This document shows, one piece after another, positions 33,604 to 44,602 of a stretch of DNA of 64,000 nt (positions are counted from its first letter, which is position 1; each line of letters begins with the position of its first letter). The notes beneath the pieces were generated by a model. That model was not told the origin of the DNA and did no database searches. It saw nothing but the letters and a program-made list of their open reading frames with translations. Source of the DNA: an uncultured Gammaproteobacteria bacterium (GTDB lineage: Bacteria; Pseudomonadota; Gammaproteobacteria; DRLM01); assembly GCA_947259075.1 (NCBI GenBank), contig CAMYKQ010000038.1, forward strand, positions 18,750 to 82,749, written 5' to 3'. Made by a program: the position numbers and the translations under genes.

Positions 33604-34643
33604 AAGTACCATTCCTGCGGTATTTCTTCACTGGTAAACGGGGTGACGTCGACATCATACGCCGGGCCGTCTTTTTCCGTCACGCTCATGCGCACGCTCG
33701 CCAGGTCGCGGCCTTGACTAAAGCGGGCGGTCAGGCGCGCGGCGAGATGGATATCGTCCGCGCCGGCGTGGCCGTCGATCAGCGCCAGCGAGCCATTGTG
33801 CTCGGCCGGCCGCAAATGCGTGAATTGGCGGCGGTAGCCTTCGAGGTAATTATTTTCGCCCTCTTCGCGGCCGATGATGAGTTTGAAATGCGGCCGCGGC
33901 CGCAGGTGGCGGCCGACCTTGAGCAGCATGATGTCATCCAGCTCGTAGTGCTTGCCGGCCCCGGTTTGCCACAGGTCTTGCAGCTTGCGGGTGTAATTGG
34001 GGTCGGTGAGAAAACAGCAGCCGCCGGCGGGCTGGGCGTATTCGCTGATATTGAATTGTTCGGCCAGCGCGATTTGCGGTTTGCGCGAACGGCCGCTGAA
34101 TTTAAGCAGGCGTTCGCGGTCGACCCAGCCTTCGCGCTCGGGCAGGGTGGGGGGTAATAATTGAGCGCAGAGCGGCCGCAATAGGCGCTCGCCCGCGCCG
34201 GATTCCCGCGCGATGACGGGAAAGGTGTCGCGCCGCTGTGACATAGGGCGCTGGCCGAGCACCTCGCCGGTGATGATGAAGTCGAAGCCGTGCTCCTCCA
34301 TCCAGCGGCGCGCCTGGCCCACCATGAAGCCTTTGCAGTCGAGGCAGGGGTTGAGATGGGCGCCATAACCGTGTTTGGGATTGAGCACGACGTCCTTGTA
34401 TTCCTCCACCACGTCGATGATGTGCAGCTTGATGCCCAACTGCTCGGCGACCCAGAGGGCGTTGTTGCGCTTGGGTTTGGCGCCGTCGTGTTTGCGGATG
34501 GCGTGGGTGTGACCCTCGACGCAAAAGCCGGTGAAGAAATTGATGCCTTCGACGTGTACGCCTTGCTCAAGAATGAGCTGCGCGGCCAACATCGAGTCGA
34601 GGCCGCCGGAGATGAGCGCTACGGCTTTGCGCGGTGGATTCAT
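33600..34643 (-). CDS. PP-loop ATP pyrophosphatase of the MnmA (tRNA 2-thiouridylase) family, a Cys-rich variant.
   Basis: KAVALISGGLDSMLAAQLILEQGVHVEGINF aligns with the MnmA N-terminus ([31 protein letters not shown]). NPCLDCK aligns with MnmA NPDILCN. GGCCFL aligns with TGICFI. Confidence 0.6.
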   Translation of the reverse strand: MNPPRKAVALISGGLDSMLAAQLILEQGVHVEGINFFTGFCVEGHTHAIRKHDGAKPKRNNALWVAEQLGIKLHIIDVVEEYKDVVLNPKHGYGAHLNPCLDCKGFMVGQARRWMEEHGFDFIITGEVLGQRPMSQRRDTFPVIARESGAGERLLRPLCAQLLPPTLPEREGWVDRERLLKFSGRSRKPQIALAEQFNISEYAQPAGGCCFLTDPNYTRKLQDLWQTGAGKHYELDDIMLLKVGRHLRPRPHFKLIIGREEGENNYLEGYRRQFTHLRPAEHNGSLALIDGHAGADDIHLAARLTARFSQGRDLASVRMSVTEKDGPAYDVDVTPFTSEEIPQEWYL

Positions 34644-34732
34644 GACTGCTTGGTGTCGCTGGGTCGGGTGAGGGCGAAGAATAGCAAAAATCGGGATGGG
34701 CGTGGGGATTCGCGGTCCCGCTTAGCGGCGGT

Positions 34733-35311
34733 TCAGTGGCGGGGTCCGTCCTCTTTATCGGGCAGGGCGAGCGGGGTGGCGCGGGTGCGCCGGCGCAGGG
34801 TTTTCAGTGCTTGGGCGCTGCCGGTGTCACGCCACAGCTCGTAGGCGTGCAAGGCGTCGAGCCGCGATGGTTGGCCTAGCTCGCGCATGGCGTGCAGCAC
34901 GTCCATCAGGCTCACAAAGGTGGTGGCGAGACGCTGATATAAAGTGGCGCTGCTATTTTTAAGGCGCTGGCCGAGTTGATCGTAGGCGCCGCGGCCCAAG
35001 TCGACGAAATAACTTGCCTGCACCCGGCGGCGCGTGGCGCGCTCGGGAAACAAGCCGGAGTAGAGCAGACATTTATCGCCCACGTCGCGCAATTGATCTT
35101 GCGCCATTTGACCGGAGAGTTGCATGCCGCGCAGGTAATCGAGGGCTAATACGCCGGACGCCAGCTCCGGTTTATCGGTAAAGCGTATCAACAGGAAGAC
35201 CAGGTAACTTTCCATATCGTCGTCCAAGGGATGCTCGGCGGCGGCTTCCGCCTCGTTGACCAGCGTCACCCATTCTTCCATGGCACTTGCTCTGACTACG
35301 ATTTTTTTCAT
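34733..35311 (-). CDS. Conserved hypothetical protein.
   Basis: ORF with good codon usage; likely start is MKKIVV. No recognisable motif. Confidence 0.4.
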   Translation of the reverse strand: MKKIVVRASAMEEWVTLVNEAEAAAEHPLDDDMESYLVFLLIRFTDKPELASGVLALDYLRGMQLSGQMAQDQLRDVGDKCLLYSGLFPERATRRRVQASYFVDLGRGAYDQLGQRLKNSSATLYQRLATTFVSLMDVLHAMRELGQPSRLDALHAYELWRDTGSAQALKTLRRRTRATPLALPDKEDGPRH

Positions 35312-35554
35312 GCGGCCCTCCACTCGAACCTGCTAACGCATGCCGGGCCTTTTTACCGTGCTTGGTGTGTAATAGGCCCTTATTACAGCTATCGGCTGTC
35401 CTGGAGATGATTAAAGCGATCTACTCCTTTGCTGTGTCAGTGTGATAGCTTTTGTGGCCGGTTGCTTTATATGACCATCGTTCGGGGCGGCGGTGCGGCT
35501 AGATTTGGCGCGGCGCTGTGCGGCTGGAGCGATTATTAACCTAAGGAGTGGGGC

Positions 35555-36553
35555 ATGCCGCGATTAGCTGGCCAACAAGAACAGATCTCCGCATGGCGCC
35601 GCGGCGGGCGGCGGCCGGCCCTGCGTGCCTGGATCGGCGTGGCCCTATTCGCCGCACCGCCCGGTCTGGGTTTTGCCGCCGGGCTGGAGGGCGACGCGTC
35701 CTTGGGTTTGGGTTATAGCGTCTCTGAATTGAACTGGAATATCGCGGGCAGCCTGGCGGGCACGGCGCCCAATATCCTCTCCGAACTCGAATGGAAGGAC
35801 CTGAACGTGGCCATGCTCCACGCCGCTGGCGAGTTGAGCGTGGACAAGCAGCTGCTGCTGCGCGGCCGTGCCGCTTACGGCGAGGTGATTTCGGGTGACA
35901 ACCAAGATTCCGATTACAACGGCGATGATCGCAGCCTGGAATTCAGCCGCTCTAATAATCGCGGCGACGGCCAGGTCATCGAGGCCAGCCTCGGCGTGGG
36001 TTATCAGTTTTGGTGGTACGACAACACCGCCGGCCGTTACGCGCGCATCATCCCCATGTTCGGTTATGCCTGGCGCGGACAGTATCTCAGCATCAGCGAG
36101 GGCCAGCAGGTCATTCCCGCCAGCGAGGCGGGTCCCATCGCCAATCTCAACAGCAGTTATGATGCGCGGTGGCAAGGGCCATGGATGGGCCTCAGCCTGC
36201 TCATGGATACCAGCGAGCGCACGCGCGTGACCCTGGACGTGGAATATCACTTCGCCGATTACCGCGCCGAGGCCAACTGGAATCTGCGCACTGACCTAGA
36301 TCATCCCCTGAGTTTTTTGCACGAGACCCGCGGCACCGGCGTGGTCGCGGCCTTGTCCGTGCGTCACGACCTCAGCGCCAACTGGGCCCTCACCGCCCGC
36401 GTCGAATCACAACGTTTCGAGGGCGACCCCGGCCTCGACACCATTAACCTCATCGATGCGGCGAGCGGCGCCCTCGACCCGGCCGTGACCCGCCTCAATG
36501 CGGTGGAATGGCAATCCCTCGGCGGCATGCTGGCGCTCACCCGGCGCTTTTGA
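35555..36553 (+). CDS. Outer-membrane beta-barrel protein, omptin (peptidase A26)-like.
   Basis: Signal-peptide-like N-terminus. [20 protein letters not shown] resembles OmpT SQLDWKFNNAAIIKGAINWD. C-terminal ...[11 protein letters not shown] matches the beta-signal. Confidence 0.45.
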   Translation: MPRLAGQQEQISAWRRGGRRPALRAWIGVALFAAPPGLGFAAGLEGDASLGLGYSVSELNWNIAGSLAGTAPNILSELEWKDLNVAMLHAAGELSVDKQLLLRGRAAYGEVISGDNQDSDYNGDDRSLEFSRSNNRGDGQVIEASLGVGYQFWWYDNTAGRYARIIPMFGYAWRGQYLSISEGQQVIPASEAGPIANLNSSYDARWQGPWMGLSLLMDTSERTRVTLDVEYHFADYRAEANWNLRTDLDHPLSFLHETRGTGVVAALSVRHDLSANWALTARVESQRFEGDPGLDTINLIDAASGALDPAVTRLNAVEWQSLGGMLALTRRF

Positions 36554-36639
36554 GGGGGGGCGCGTTACATAAGCCTGGCCGCCCAGGCTATAATCGCCCC
36601 CTTCTGAACCGAACCCCGATACGCACAAGAGTCGACGCC

Positions 36640-37584
36640 ATGCCGCAAACTACCAGCGCGCCCCAGAGCGCGCGTGATGTCCTCAGCTTTCAAGATCTGA
36701 TTCTGGCGTTGCAGGAATATTGGGCCGCGCAAGGCTGCGTGATCCTGCAACCCTACGATATGGAAGTGGGCGCGGGCACGTTTCACCCCGCCACCTTTCT
36801 GCGCGCCATCGGTCCCGAGCATTGGCGCGCCGCCTATGTGCAGCCCTCGCGCCGTCCCGCCGACGGCCGTTACGGCGACAACCCCAACCGCCTGCAGCAC
36901 TACTATCAATTCCAAGTGGTGCTCAAACCCTCGCCGCTGGACATTCAAGATTTATATCTCGGTTCGCTGCGCCGTCTCGGCCTCGACCCGCTCACCCACG
37001 ACATCCGTTTCGTCGAAGACAACTGGGAATCGCCGACGCTGGGTGCTTGGGGTCTCGGCTGGGAAGTGTGGCTCAACGGCATGGAAGTGACGCAGTTCAC
37101 TTATTTCCAGCAAGTGGGCGGCCTCGATTGCTTTCCCGTCACCGGCGAGATCACCTACGGCCTGGAGCGTATCGCCATGTACCTGCAAGGCGTGGAGAGC
37201 GTCTACGACCTGACCTGGACCGACGGCCCCGCCGGTAAAGTGACTTACGGTGACGTCTTTCACCAAAACGAAGTGGAGATGTCCACGTATAACTTCGAGC
37301 AGGCCGACACCGCCGTGCTGTTCGCGCGCTTCGATACCTGCGAAAAAGAGAGCAGCAAGCTCATCGAGGCCGGTCTGCCGCTGCCCGCTTACGAAATGGT
37401 GTTGAAGGCCTCGCACACCTTCAACCTGCTCGACGCGCGCCGCGCCATCTCCGTCACCGAGCGTCAGCGTTACATCCTGCGCGTGCGCGCTTTAGCGCGC
37501 GCCGTGGCCGCGGCCTATTACGCGCGGCGTGAGGCCCTGGGCTTTCCCCTCGCGGCGCAATCAGAGGAGGTTGCCCGTGGCTGA
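36640..37584 (+). CDS. glyQ: Glycine--tRNA ligase alpha subunit.
   Basis: [50 protein letters not shown] is near-identical to GlyQ. Confidence 0.9.
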   Translation: MPQTTSAPQSARDVLSFQDLILALQEYWAAQGCVILQPYDMEVGAGTFHPATFLRAIGPEHWRAAYVQPSRRPADGRYGDNPNRLQHYYQFQVVLKPSPLDIQDLYLGSLRRLGLDPLTHDIRFVEDNWESPTLGAWGLGWEVWLNGMEVTQFTYFQQVGGLDCFPVTGEITYGLERIAMYLQGVESVYDLTWTDGPAGKVTYGDVFHQNEVEMSTYNFEQADTAVLFARFDTCEKESSKLIEAGLPLPAYEMVLKASHTFNLLDARRAISVTERQRYILRVRALARAVAAAYYARREALGFPLAAQSEEVARG

Positions 37585-39649
37585 TACACGTGATTTATTG
37601 ATTGAGCTGGGCACGGAAGAACTGCCGCCCAAGGCCTTGCGCCGTCTCGCCGCGGCCTTCGCCGAGGGTGTGCGCGCCGCTTTAGCGAAGCACGAATTGC
37701 AACACGGCGAACTGCGTTATTTCGCCACCCCGCGCCGTTTAGCGCTGCTGGTGCAGGATCTGCCAGTCAGCCAAAGCGACCGCATTGCCGAACGCCGCGG
37801 TCCGGCGCTCAACGCCGCCTTTGATGAAGAAGGTAATCCCACTAAGGCGTCTCAGGGTTTCGCCCGCTCTTGCGGCGTGGAGGTGGACGAACTCGAACGT
37901 TTGGAAACAGCGCAAGGGGCCTGGCTGGTGTGCCGCAGTACGCAACGCGGCGTGGCCACGCGCGAACTGATCCCCGCGCTCGCCGGGCAGGCCCTCGCCA
38001 ATCTGCCCGTGCCCAAACGCATGCGCTGGGGCAGCTTGCGCGCCGAATTCGTGCGGCCGGTGCACTGGCTGGTGCTGCTCTTCGGCGACGAGGTGATCGA
38101 CGCGGAATTGTACGGCGTGCGCGCCGGGCGCGAGACCCGCGGCCACCGTTATCATCACCCGGCGCCGATTTACCTCACCGGCCCGCGCGCCTACGCGCCC
38201 TTGCTCGAGACCGAAGGCCATGTGCTGCCGGATTTCGATGCACGCAAAGAGGCGATACGCGGACAAATCTTGCAGGCGGGATTAACGGCGGGCGGCCGCG
38301 CGGTGATCGACGAGGCGCTGCTGGAAGAAGTGGCCGGCCTGGTGGAATGGCCGGTGGCCTTGCTCGGTGATTTCGAAGCGCGTTTTCTCGAACTGCCGCC
38401 CGAGCCGCTGATCTCGACGATGAAGGGCAATCAAAAATATTTTCACGTCGTCGATGGCGCGGGCAAATTGCTGCCGCACTTCATCACCGTGTGCAATATT
38501 GAAAGCCGCGACCCCGCGCAAGTGCGCGCCGGTAACGAACGCGTGATCCGCCCGCGCTTCAGCGACGCCGCGTTTTTCTGGGAGCAGGACCGGCGGCAAA
38601 CTTTGGCGTCGCGCGTCGAGACCCTCAAGACCGTGCTGTTTCAAGCCAAGCTCGGCAGCGTCTACGACAAGTCGCAACGCGTCGCGGCCCTGGCCGGTGA
38701 CATCGCCGCGCAACTCGGCGGCGAGCGCGGCTTGGCGGAACGGGCGGCGCGTCTCGCCAAGTGCGACCTGCTCACCAATATGGTGGGTGAGTTTCCCGAG
38801 CTGCAAGGTTTGATGGGCCGCTATTACGCCTTGGCGGAAGGCCTGCCCGCTGAGCTCGCCGAGGCCTTGGACGAGCAATACTTGCCGCGTCAGGCTGGCG
38901 ACCGCCTGCCCGCCGGCGTCACCGGCCGCGCGCTGGCCGTCGCCGACAAACTCGACACCTTGCTGGGTATCTTCGCCATCGGCCAAGTGCCCAGCGGCGA
39001 TAAAGACCCCTACGCCCTGCGCCGCGCCGCGCTGGGCGTGCTGCGCATCATCATCGAAGGCGCGCTGCCGCTGGATTTGAACGCCTTGCTGCAACGCGCC
39101 GCGGCAAATTACCAGGCCAGCGTGCCCGCCGCGGGCGTGGCCGAGGCGGTGTTCGATTACATGATGGAACGTCTGCGCGCTTACTATCTCGATGCCGGTA
39201 TCCGGCCGGATGTCTTCGAGGCCGTGCTCGCCAATCGCCCCAGCCGTCCGCACGATTTTGATCTGCGCATCCGCGCCGTCGCCGCTTTTCGCGAACTGCC
39301 CGAGGCGGAAAGTTTGGCGGCCGCCAACAAGCGCATACGCAATATTCTCAAACAAGCGGAAGGCGAGGCGGTGGGCGCGGTGGACGCGGCTCAATTGCAG
39401 GAACCCGCCGAGCGCGCGCTGCAGCGGCAATTGAGCGCCTTGCACGACGAGGTTTCATCTTCGTTCGACGCCGGAGATTACACCGCCGCGCTGCGCCGTT
39501 TGGCGGGTTTGCGCGAAACCGTGGACGCCTTCTTCGATACCGTGATGGTGATGGCGGACGACGCGGCGCTGCGCCGCAACCGCATCGCGCTACTGGCGGC
39601 GCTGCACGCTTTGTTCTCGCGCGCGGCGGACTTGTCGCGCTTGCAGTGA
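37577..39649 (+). CDS. glyS: Glycine--tRNA ligase beta subunit.
   Basis: GTG start overlaps the glyQ stop. N-terminus [20 protein letters not shown]. ~690 aa. Confidence 0.9.
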   Translation: MADTRDLLIELGTEELPPKALRRLAAAFAEGVRAALAKHELQHGELRYFATPRRLALLVQDLPVSQSDRIAERRGPALNAAFDEEGNPTKASQGFARSCGVEVDELERLETAQGAWLVCRSTQRGVATRELIPALAGQALANLPVPKRMRWGSLRAEFVRPVHWLVLLFGDEVIDAELYGVRAGRETRGHRYHHPAPIYLTGPRAYAPLLETEGHVLPDFDARKEAIRGQILQAGLTAGGRAVIDEALLEEVAGLVEWPVALLGDFEARFLELPPEPLISTMKGNQKYFHVVDGAGKLLPHFITVCNIESRDPAQVRAGNERVIRPRFSDAAFFWEQDRRQTLASRVETLKTVLFQAKLGSVYDKSQRVAALAGDIAAQLGGERGLAERAARLAKCDLLTNMVGEFPELQGLMGRYYALAEGLPAELAEALDEQYLPRQAGDRLPAGVTGRALAVADKLDTLLGIFAIGQVPSGDKDPYALRRAALGVLRIIIEGALPLDLNALLQRAAANYQASVPAAGVAEAVFDYMMERLRAYYLDAGIRPDVFEAVLANRPSRPHDFDLRIRAVAAFRELPEAESLAAANKRIRNILKQAEGEAVGAVDAAQLQEPAERALQRQLSALHDEVSSSFDAGDYTAALRRLAGLRETVDAFFDTVMVMADDAALRRNRIALLAALHALFSRAADLSRLQ

Positions 39650-39804
39650 GGTGAGGCGCCGCTGTCCCGCGATGGGCGGGGGAAATTCAGTAAACGCGAT
39701 TTGCCGCCGTGCGCCGCCGCCGTGGCGTGAGCGCGCCGCGATTGCGGCGAGTGCGCGGGGCGCGGCTTTACTGCGCGGCTGGCACGCAAAGGGTTTGTTC
39801 TAAT

Positions 39805-40368
39805 ATGAAACTTATCATTCTCGATCGCGACGGCGTGATTAATGAAGACTCCGACGAGTACATCAAGTCGCCGGAGGAATGGCGGCCGATTCCCGGCAGC
39901 CTTGACGCCATCGCCCGTTTGAATCGCGCCGGCTACCGGGTGGTGGTGGCCAGCAACCAATCAGGTTTGGCGCGCGGCTTGTTCGATATGGATGCCCTGC
40001 TGGCGATACACGACAAGCTGCATCGCAATCTGGCGGCGGCGGGCGGCGCGGTGGACGCCATCTTTTTTTGTCCGCACGGACCCGAGGACGCGTGCGCCTG
40101 CCGCAAACCCAAACCCGGCTTGCTGCTTGATATCGCCGCGCGTTTGCAGGTGTCTTTGCAGGGCGTGCTGGTGGTGGGCGATAGCTTGCGCGATCTGCAA
40201 GCGGCGCAGGCCGTGGGCGCGCGGCCGCTGCTGGTGCGCAGCGGCAAGGGCGCGGGCACCGAGGCGCAGGGTAAAGGTTTAGCGGGCGTGCCGGTATTCG
40301 ATGATCTCGCCGCCGCCGTGGATGCCTTGCTCGGCGAACAGCTTGGCGCGGAGTCCTCGAAGCCGTGA
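39805..40368 (+). CDS. gmhB: D-glycero-beta-D-manno-heptose-1,7-bisphosphate 7-phosphatase.
   Basis: MKLIILDRDGVINED...WRPIPGSLDAI...CACRKPKPGLLLD; HAD motifs I-III. Confidence 0.85.
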   Translation: MKLIILDRDGVINEDSDEYIKSPEEWRPIPGSLDAIARLNRAGYRVVVASNQSGLARGLFDMDALLAIHDKLHRNLAAAGGAVDAIFFCPHGPEDACACRKPKPGLLLDIAARLQVSLQGVLVVGDSLRDLQAAQAVGARPLLVRSGKGAGTEAQGKGLAGVPVFDDLAAAVDALLGEQLGAESSKP

Positions 40369-41162
40369 GCGCGACGCCAGCGGACACCCGCGCGCGTGAG
40401 CAGGTTCCCGGACCCGGTTCGGCCTGGCGCTCGGCCTTGTTCGCGCTGGGCATGGCGCTGTCGACGCTGATCTTCGCGCCGCTCAGCGTGCTCACTTTTC
40501 CTTTTCCTTACCGCTGGCGTTACGGTTTTATCACGCAGTGGACGCGTTTCAATCTGTGGTGGCTGGGCGTGACTTGCCGTGTGCATTACGTGGTGGAGGG
40601 GCGCGAGCATCTGCCCGCGGGGCCGGCCATCGTGCTCGCCAAGCATCAATCGGCCTTCGAGACCCTGGCCTTTCAACGCATCTTTCCGCCGCAGGTGTGG
40701 CTGCTCAAGCGCGAATTATTGTGGGTGCCGTTCTTCGGCTGGGGTTTGGCGATGCTGGAACCCATCGCCATCAATCGCCAGGCCAAGCGCAAGGCCTTGC
40801 AGCAATTGCTCAACGGCGGCACGCAACGGCTGCAACACGGGCGCTGGGTGGTGATTTTTCCCGAGGGCACGCGCGTGGCGCCCGGGGAACAGCGGCGTTA
40901 TGCGCCCGGCGGCGCCATGCTCGCGGCGCGCAGCGGTTTCCCCGTGGTGCCGGTGGCGCACAACGCGGGAGAGTTTTGGCCGCGGCAGGGTTTCATCAAA
41001 CGCCCGGGCACGGTGCGTATCATCATCGGCCCGCCCATCGCCAGCCAGGGGCGCAGCGCGCAGGAGATCAACACGCTGACGGAGCAATGGATAGAAGCGG
41101 CGATGGAAAAAATCAGCGGGACGCCGCGGCTGGCGGCGCCCCGTGATGAAGCTGGCGTTTAA
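40365..41162 (+). CDS. plsC: 1-acyl-sn-glycerol-3-phosphate acyltransferase.
   Basis: Acyltransferase motifs AKHQSAFET (HX4D-like region) and FPEGTR. Confidence 0.8.
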   Translation: MSATPADTRAREQVPGPGSAWRSALFALGMALSTLIFAPLSVLTFPFPYRWRYGFITQWTRFNLWWLGVTCRVHYVVEGREHLPAGPAIVLAKHQSAFETLAFQRIFPPQVWLLKRELLWVPFFGWGLAMLEPIAINRQAKRKALQQLLNGGTQRLQHGRWVVIFPEGTRVAPGEQRRYAPGGAMLAARSGFPVVPVAHNAGEFWPRQGFIKRPGTVRIIIGPPIASQGRSAQEINTLTEQWIEAAMEKISGTPRLAAPRDEAGV

Positions 41163-42166
41163 AGATCGGCCCAGTTGCCGGTGACGGTGCTCTCCACGCT
41201 GCCGTCATCACCAAGATCGACATCGACGCGATAGCTCGTGTTCGACAGGGCGCTGAGGGTGGCCTTACCGTTGGCGCCCGTGGCGGTGAGGGTGCCTGAG
41301 GACGGATAGTCATCGATGCTCATGATCTCCAAGGCCAAGGGCGTGGCGAGGGTGACATAGCCTTCGTCCGGATTGTAGTAGCGGCCGCTGATCGTGACGC
41401 CGTCAGAGCCGATGCCGGGGGTGATGGCGAGGACGAAATTATTCAACCACTGCGTTTTCTGCGTGGTGTTGTCGCGCAGCACCATCTCGATGCTGACGGT
41501 TTGGGTGAGATTGCCGAGCACGATGCTGACATCGCCCTTGATGGTGTAATTATCACGACTGGAGGCGAGCGTGAGGCTATTGGTGCTGATAGTCATGTTG
41601 ATGAAATCTTCGGTCATGGGGTCGACCTGGCCGTTGAGGCTGGCGCTGCCGGTAAGTGTTTCGCCCGCTTCGCAGTAGTTATTGTAAAGAGCGCTGCCAG
41701 AGAAACTGCCCGTCACGTCGTCGAAGGTGAAATTGACTTGCACTTCGCCGGTAGGCGTCGTATTGCCGCCGCAGCTTTCCTGACTGGGGACGGTATCAGT
41801 ATAGGTTTGCACTGCCCGCCCCAGATTGTTGCTGGAGGCGGAAGTCGGTTCCAGACGGTTTATGAAACCGAGCAGGCTGTGATACAGCGCGAGGGTGCGA
41901 GGCGGCGCGCTGCCGCTGCGCTCCTGTGCGTCAAGGGTTCCAGCGAAGCTGCCGAGCGCGCTAGTGCCAGCACCCGCGGCAAAGGCTTCCGTCGCCAAAT
42001 CCGCGCCGTTACTGGTGGTGAGGGTGGCAGGGTTGGTACTGCCGTTATAGCTGATGCCGCTGTTTATATTTCCCCCGTCACCGCCCCCGCCGCACGCGCC
42101 GAGTATTGATATTGCCGCCGCGCCACAAAATATGCGGGCATGGTTCCGCGAACTGGTTTTTTTCAT
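41159..42166 (-). CDS. Lipoprotein of unknown function.
   Basis: The ATG at 42166 gives MKKTSSRNHARIFCGAAAISILGAC... (lipobox-like ILGAC). Ser/Thr/Gly-rich mature region. Confidence 0.5.
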   Translation of the reverse strand: MKKTSSRNHARIFCGAAAISILGACGGGGDGGNINSGISYNGSTNPATLTTSNGADLATEAFAAGAGTSALGSFAGTLDAQERSGSAPPRTLALYHSLLGFINRLEPTSASSNNLGRAVQTYTDTVPSQESCGGNTTPTGEVQVNFTFDDVTGSFSGSALYNNYCEAGETLTGSASLNGQVDPMTEDFINMTISTNSLTLASSRDNYTIKGDVSIVLGNLTQTVSIEMVLRDNTTQKTQWLNNFVLAITPGIGSDGVTISGRYYNPDEGYVTLATPLALEIMSIDDYPSSGTLTATGANGKATLSALSNTSYRVDVDLGDDGSVESTVTGNWADL

Positions 42167-42315
42167 ATGATCCCCCCCCCGATAGAGTGATAGATAGCCA
42201 CCGTATTGTAATTCACGATGGTGTTTCGACAATTTAAAGCATTGGTGAGCTAAAGCATTGGTGGGGGTCTTCCCCTGAGTTAGAATGTCCCCCTCACGGA
42301 CGATAGGATGTACTC

Positions 42316-43140
42316 ATGCAAGCGTGGTTGGCAAATCCCGCGGTGCAGGCGGGGATCGCACCTTTCATCGCCGCCGTGGTGAGCGTGGCCTTGCTCAAAC
42401 GCGCGGGCGGGTATTGGGCGGGCGCCGCGGTGACGGCGGGCTTCGCCGTCGCGGTGTACCTCAGCACCGGTTTTCAATTTCAACCCTGGACCAGCACCCG
42501 CAAGATCGTCGCGCTCACCTTGGGCGCCGCCGCCTTGGGCGTGCTCTTCGATCTCTATCCTTATTCGCGCCGCTGGTTGCCGCCCTTGGTGTTCGCGCTG
42601 GGCGCCGCCGCGGTATTGTGGCTGGTGTGGCCGGTGCTGTCGCGCCGTGAAGGCTTGGACTATTGGCTGCTCGCCGCCGGCGCGGCGCTGTACGCGGGCT
42701 GGTGCGTGGCGGCGCTGGAGAGTCTGCGCGCCAAGCCGCAGGCCATGGTGAGCGCGGCGCTGGCCTTGGGTTTCGGTACGGGCATATCGGCCTTGCTGGG
42801 GGCCTCGGCGCTGCTGGGTCAATGGGGCATCGCCTTGGGCGCGTCGGTCTCGGCCTTGTGGCTGTTCACCGTGTTCATGCGTAAGCTCGCGCTGGGCTCG
42901 CAACTGGCGCTGCCGGCGGGCTTGGGCGCGGCGTTGATCGGCTGCGCCGCTTGCGTCTATGCCAAGCTGCCCTGGTATAGTTTGGCGATATTAGCTACGG
43001 TACCCTTGTCGGCGCAGCTGTTTTGGTGGCCACGTCTGCCGCGTCTCGCGCAGATCGTCATTTCATTGTTCGCGGCACTGGTCCCCGCCGCGCTCGCCGC
43101 ATGGTTCACTTTTAAGGAAACGGGGGCGCCGCCTCTATAA
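42316..43140 (+). CDS. Polytopic inner-membrane protein of unknown function.
   Basis: About 7 predicted hydrophobic helices; no motif recognised. Confidence 0.45.
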   Translation: MQAWLANPAVQAGIAPFIAAVVSVALLKRAGGYWAGAAVTAGFAVAVYLSTGFQFQPWTSTRKIVALTLGAAALGVLFDLYPYSRRWLPPLVFALGAAAVLWLVWPVLSRREGLDYWLLAAGAALYAGWCVAALESLRAKPQAMVSAALALGFGTGISALLGASALLGQWGIALGASVSALWLFTVFMRKLALGSQLALPAGLGAALIGCAACVYAKLPWYSLAILATVPLSAQLFWWPRLPRLAQIVISLFAALVPAALAAWFTFKETGAPPL

Positions 43141-43176
43141 GTTTTTATCCCCCGCCACAGCGACAGGAGAGTTGTC

Positions 43177-43749
43177 ATGAAGAAAATGCTGATCGTAGCC
43201 ATATTCGCCGCCGTGCCCCTGCCGGTGTTCGCCGCGGAGTCGTTCACTATCGACCCAATGCACACCTACCCTCACTTCAGCATCAATCATCTCGGGTTTT
43301 CCACCATGCACGGCCGTTTCGGCAAGACCACGGGCACGCTGACCGTCGATGCGGCCAAGAAGACCGGTTCCGTGGAGGTGGTGATCGACGCCGCCTCGGT
43401 CGATACCGGTTTCGTGAAGCGCGATGATCATCTGCGCTCGCCGGACTTCCTCAACGTGGTAGAGTTTCCCGAGATCACCTATAAGTCGACCAAGGTGGTG
43501 ATCAACGACGACAAGTCCGCGGTGGTGGACGGCGATCTCACCATCGCCGGGGTGACCAAGCCGGTGCGCTTGGATGTGAAGAGCATGAACTGCGGCATCA
43601 ATCCCATGGACCCGAAGAAACAGATTTATGTGTGTGGCTTTGACGCCGAGACCAAGATCAAACGCTCCGATTTCGGAGTGAAGTTTGCCCTGCCTGCCGT
43701 CGGCGATGAGATGCGTCTCGTTTTCGAAGTGGAAGCGATCCGTAATTAA
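43177..43749 (+). CDS. yceI: YceI-family periplasmic polyisoprenoid-binding protein.
   Basis: Signal peptide. IDPMHTYPHFSINHLGFSTMHGRFGKTTGTL is a YceI signature. Confidence 0.85.
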   Translation: MKKMLIVAIFAAVPLPVFAAESFTIDPMHTYPHFSINHLGFSTMHGRFGKTTGTLTVDAAKKTGSVEVVIDAASVDTGFVKRDDHLRSPDFLNVVEFPEITYKSTKVVINDDKSAVVDGDLTIAGVTKPVRLDVKSMNCGINPMDPKKQIYVCGFDAETKIKRSDFGVKFALPAVGDEMRLVFEVEAIRN

Positions 43750-43804
43750 ACCGCTGATGGCGTAAACGCACCGCCGGGTGCCGCGTAAGCGGCCCCGGCG
43801 TTTT

Positions 43805-44602
43805 TTATTTGGCGGCGGCGCGATTGGCCAGCGCGGCGAATTGCGCCAGACTCAATACTTCGGCGCGCAGACCGGGGTCGATGCCCGCCGCGCGGATACC
43901 CGCTTCATCGAGCAGTTCCTTCAGCGTATTGCGCAAGGTCTTGCGGCGCTGACTGAAGGCGCGGCGCACCAGATCGCTGAACACGTTTTCATCGTCGATC
44001 TGCACCGGCGGCGCGGCATGCGGCACCAGGCGCACGAAGGCCGAGTCGACCTTGGGCGCGGGGCGGAAGGCGCCAGGCCCCACCGGGAATAGCAGCTCCA
44101 CCGCGCAACGCCATTGCAGCATCACGCTTAAGCGGCCGTAGTCACCGCCGCCCGGCGCCGCGGCCATGCGCAGCGCCACTTCTTTTTGCACCATGAAATA
44201 CATGTCGGCGATCAGCGGCGCGAAGTCGAGCAGATGAAACAACAGCGGCGTCGAAATGTTATAGGGCAGATTGCCCACCACGCGCAGGCTGTCCTCGCCG
44301 TGAGCCAGCGAGGCGAAATCGAATTTGAGCGCGTCGAGCTGATGAACGTGGAGTTCACCCTTGCCCGCGCAGCTTTGTTGCAGATGCGGAATCACGTCGC
44401 GGTCCAGTTCGACCACATGCAGCGTGTGCGCCGTTTCCAGTAAGGGGACGGTGAGCGCGCCGAGGCCCGGGCCGATTTCCACTAGCGTCTGTCCGGGGCG
44501 GGGGGCGATGGCGCGCAGGATGCGGTCGATGACGGCCTCGTCGTGCAGAAAATTTTGCCCGAAACGTTTGCGCGCGCGGTGACCTTGATCGAATTGACTC
44601 AT
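43805..44602 (-). CDS. rsmA: 16S rRNA (adenine1518-N6/adenine1519-N6)-dimethyltransferase.
   Basis: [18 protein letters not shown]...[11 protein letters not shown]...NLPYNISTP. Confidence 0.9.
   Translation of the reverse strand: MSQFDQGHRARKRFGQNFLHDEAVIDRILRAIAPRPGQTLVEIGPGLGALTVPLLETAHTLHVVELDRDVIPHLQQSCAGKGELHVHQLDALKFDFASLAHGEDSLRVVGNLPYNISTPLLFHLLDFAPLIADMYFMVQKEVALRMAAAPGGGDYGRLSVMLQWRCAVELLFPVGPGAFRPAPKVDSAFVRLVPHAAPPVQIDDENVFSDLVRRAFSQRRKTLRNTLKELLDEAGIRAAGIDPGLRAEVLSLAQFAALANRAAAK

Noticed and set aside
37739-39445. Large minus-strand ORFs (175 and 387 aa) inside glyS.
   Set aside because: GlyS identity on the plus strand is unambiguous, so these are antisense artefacts.
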